Positions 61,692 to 64,000 of a stretch of 64,000 nt of DNA are shown in pieces (the stretch's first letter is position 1; each line of letters starts with the position of its first letter). A program made the translations under genes and the position numbers. The notes below the pieces were generated by a model. The model had not been told where the DNA came from, searched no databases, and saw nothing but the letters and a program-made list of their open reading frames with translations. Source of the DNA: Selaginella moellendorffii (taxonomy: Eukaryota > Plantae > Lycopodiophyta). The stretch covers positions 4,648,389 to 4,712,388 of the forward strand of contig NW_003314262.1 of the NCBI RefSeq assembly GCF_000143415.4. Direction: 5' to 3'.

Positions 61692-64000
61692 TGTGAGTGC
61701 ATGGAATATAGAAAGGGAATACAAAAATATACATATCAATTAGCCCAAAAACCCTAGCTTATATACAGGAGCGAGTGGTTTGGATTAAAACTAATCCGAC
61801 AGATACCAAAATCCCACTACGCTAATATTAGTATATAGCATCGTAGCCGTATACTTGGCCCTCACATCATCCCCTCCTCTTGGAATAATGAAAGACCATC
61901 AGGGTTCTCTTGTAGATGGGTCGGGATCAGGAGGAACGTCAGGAGGAGGCATCAGCGGATCTGTAGGTGGTATTAATTGCTCTTGATCCCTTGGTATAAA
62001 GCTTTTCAATTGCTACACATGCACAATCTCTGGAGGATCAGTCTGCTGAATGTCATGCCGAACCTCATAAACTTATGGTCCAATTTGCTACAACACCTGA
62101 TATAGTCCTTTCTACTAAGTAAGGAGCCCCTTAAATAAACCATGTACCATAAGATGGGGAAAACATACTAACGCCAAATCATCCACTTTGTACTCCACAG
62201 GTGGATGATGATAGGTGTTGTAGCGTCGTTGTTTTCTCACTTGTATGCATCCTAAGTGTTCGGTAGACTCTGGTCGGACAAGTGGAAGAATGTTCGTCAA
62301 ATACTGATCCCACAACCTAACATCGATAGCTCGTGGCAATTGCGAAGGTAAACCAAGCTTTATTGGTAAAATCGGATCATAACCATATAAGAGTTTATAT
62401 GGTGAAGCACTAATAGAATTCTGCACCCCTGTGATATATGCATACCGAAGAGATGGCAAATAACCATCTTAATCCGAATGTTGAAAGTTCACATACTTTG
62501 TGATCATCCCTCTGAATGTCCGAATGAGTCATTCTACTAGACCATCTGATTGTGGATGATAAGCACTCGTGAAAGTGTGGCATATCTCTAACTGAGATGT
62601 CAAAACATGAAGCCTTACCACGTCCTGTGAGTCGACTGCAGCATGCAGCTGCCTCAGTCCATAAATAGTGGGACTATTATCTGAAAGAATCCGCTCTAGA
62701 CAAGAATGCTGGAACACCACTCGATTGAGAAGGAAGTATCCAACAGTAGTTGTAGAAGCACTAACAAGAGCACCAACTTCCACCCAATGAGTCAAGTAGT
62801 TAGAAGCAATAACAACATACTCATTGCCAGTAGTTGACCGTGGAAAAGGCCCCATAAGATCAAATGCCACCAACTCAAATGGACGGGAAACTGCAATGGA
62901 TTCCAACCGTCCTTTCGCAGCATGAGAGGGAGTATTACGAGCTTGGCACCAAATGCAGCTACGCATATACTGGATAACATCATGTTATATCTCCGGCCAA
63001 TAGAAAGACCTATACAACTTCTCAATCACACGACGATGTCCTATATGCCCACCTAGAACAGGAGAATCATGGTAGGTATGGAAAAACTGTGGAATAAAGA
63101 CGAAAGGCACCACCAGCCGTGAAGGACTATTAAGATCCGTTCTTACAAAATAAAGAATGCCATCTTCAAAGCGATATTGAGAATGTAAATGCCGGAATAG
63201 CAAGTCATCAGCAAGTGATGCAGGATTCTCAAATCCATCTTGAAGCCTTTGAATCCATGGCTCAAGCTTTTGAGCCTCACGAGAGAATGTAGATCTTGCT
63301 TTGCACCTTGTGGACACTAAACGTCAAGTACAGCAACTGCCGATGGCATAGAATCCTCGTCTAGAAAATCCAAAAATACCAAAATAACAAGCTTGTTAAA
63401 AATATGAGAAGAGAATGAAAAAGGAAGAGGAGCTTGAGAAAGGGCATCAACATCAGCCATAAAACTCCCGGGGTGATGAACAATATCAAAATTATATATC
63501 TAAAGCTCACCGAGCAATATGACCAATAAAGTTCTTTTGCTTCAATAATGAAGTAACGGCAGCATGATCACCTTCAAATAACATCCAGGAACCATGTAGA
63601 TATGCAAAAAGTTTCTCAAAACCCCATACTGCTGCTAAACACTTATTCTCTATCGTGGAATAATTCACCTCCGCTAGTTATAATGTACGGCTTATATATA
63701 CAATAGGATGGCATTGACTAGGCACTCTTGGGCTCTTTTGCATCAACACACCTCCAAGACCAATGTCAGAAGCATCCACAGACAAAATAAAAGGTCAAGT
63801 GTAGTTAGAATATGCCAAAATCGAAAGAGTCGTCAAAAGCTCTTTGAGATCCATAAACGCCCGCTCACAATCCAAAGACCAGATGAAATATGACGTTGAT
63901 GACTTTAGTAACACTCGCAACAGTGCAGTGCAATAAAAAGATGATCCACAAAACAATTGAGATACTGCACCTTGCTCAGGAAGTGCTACACATCATTCAC
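61692..64000 (-). mobile_element. Ty3/Gypsy retrotransposon 3' part: 175-bp LTR (61692-61866), PPT and disrupted RNase H-integrase
   Basis: LTR TGTGAG..CTCACA; [18 protein letters not shown]; integrase HHCC (YHDSPVLGGHIG..CIWCQ), FDLMGPFPRS, TSAYHPQSDGLVE, SPYKLLYG; stops and frameshifts; continues beyond the window. Confidence 0.93.

Overview
Eukaryotic plant nuclear DNA. Very compact gene packing, short (~50-130 nt) GT-AG introns and YAQNGH-type PLS-PPR genes suggest a lycophyte such as Selaginella; this is inference, not a database result. 1-4.4 kb: two decayed diterpene-synthase copies, one interrupted by a 306-bp miniature LTR element. 4.5-19.5 kb: a multi-pass membrane protein with a poly-His tail, kinesin-7/RING, TyrRS head-to-head with TOM20, and a P-class PPR. 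19.5-35 kb: a defence-flavoured run of a LysM receptor pseudokinase, class III peroxidase, Gnk2/DUF26 protein, tRNA-Gly, an orphan 11-mer-repeat protein, a chalcone-synthase-like PKS, tRNA-Lys and a one-intron PDR/ABCG transporter. 35-42 kb: two PLS-PPRs and RPN11. 40-52 kb: a tandem duplication (PPR, D2HGDH, VPS26, cyanovirin-N-homologue lectin) in which each gene survives intact in only one copy. 52-64 kb: decayed LTR retrotransposons. Most notable: a secreted 10-Cys cyanovirin-N homologue missed by the ORF track because its signal peptide is on a separate exon; the putative antifungal gene neighbourhood; three tandem gene pairs with only 40-54 nt between stop and next ATG; and the near-intronless PDR. 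Gene boundaries and splice sites were read by eye.
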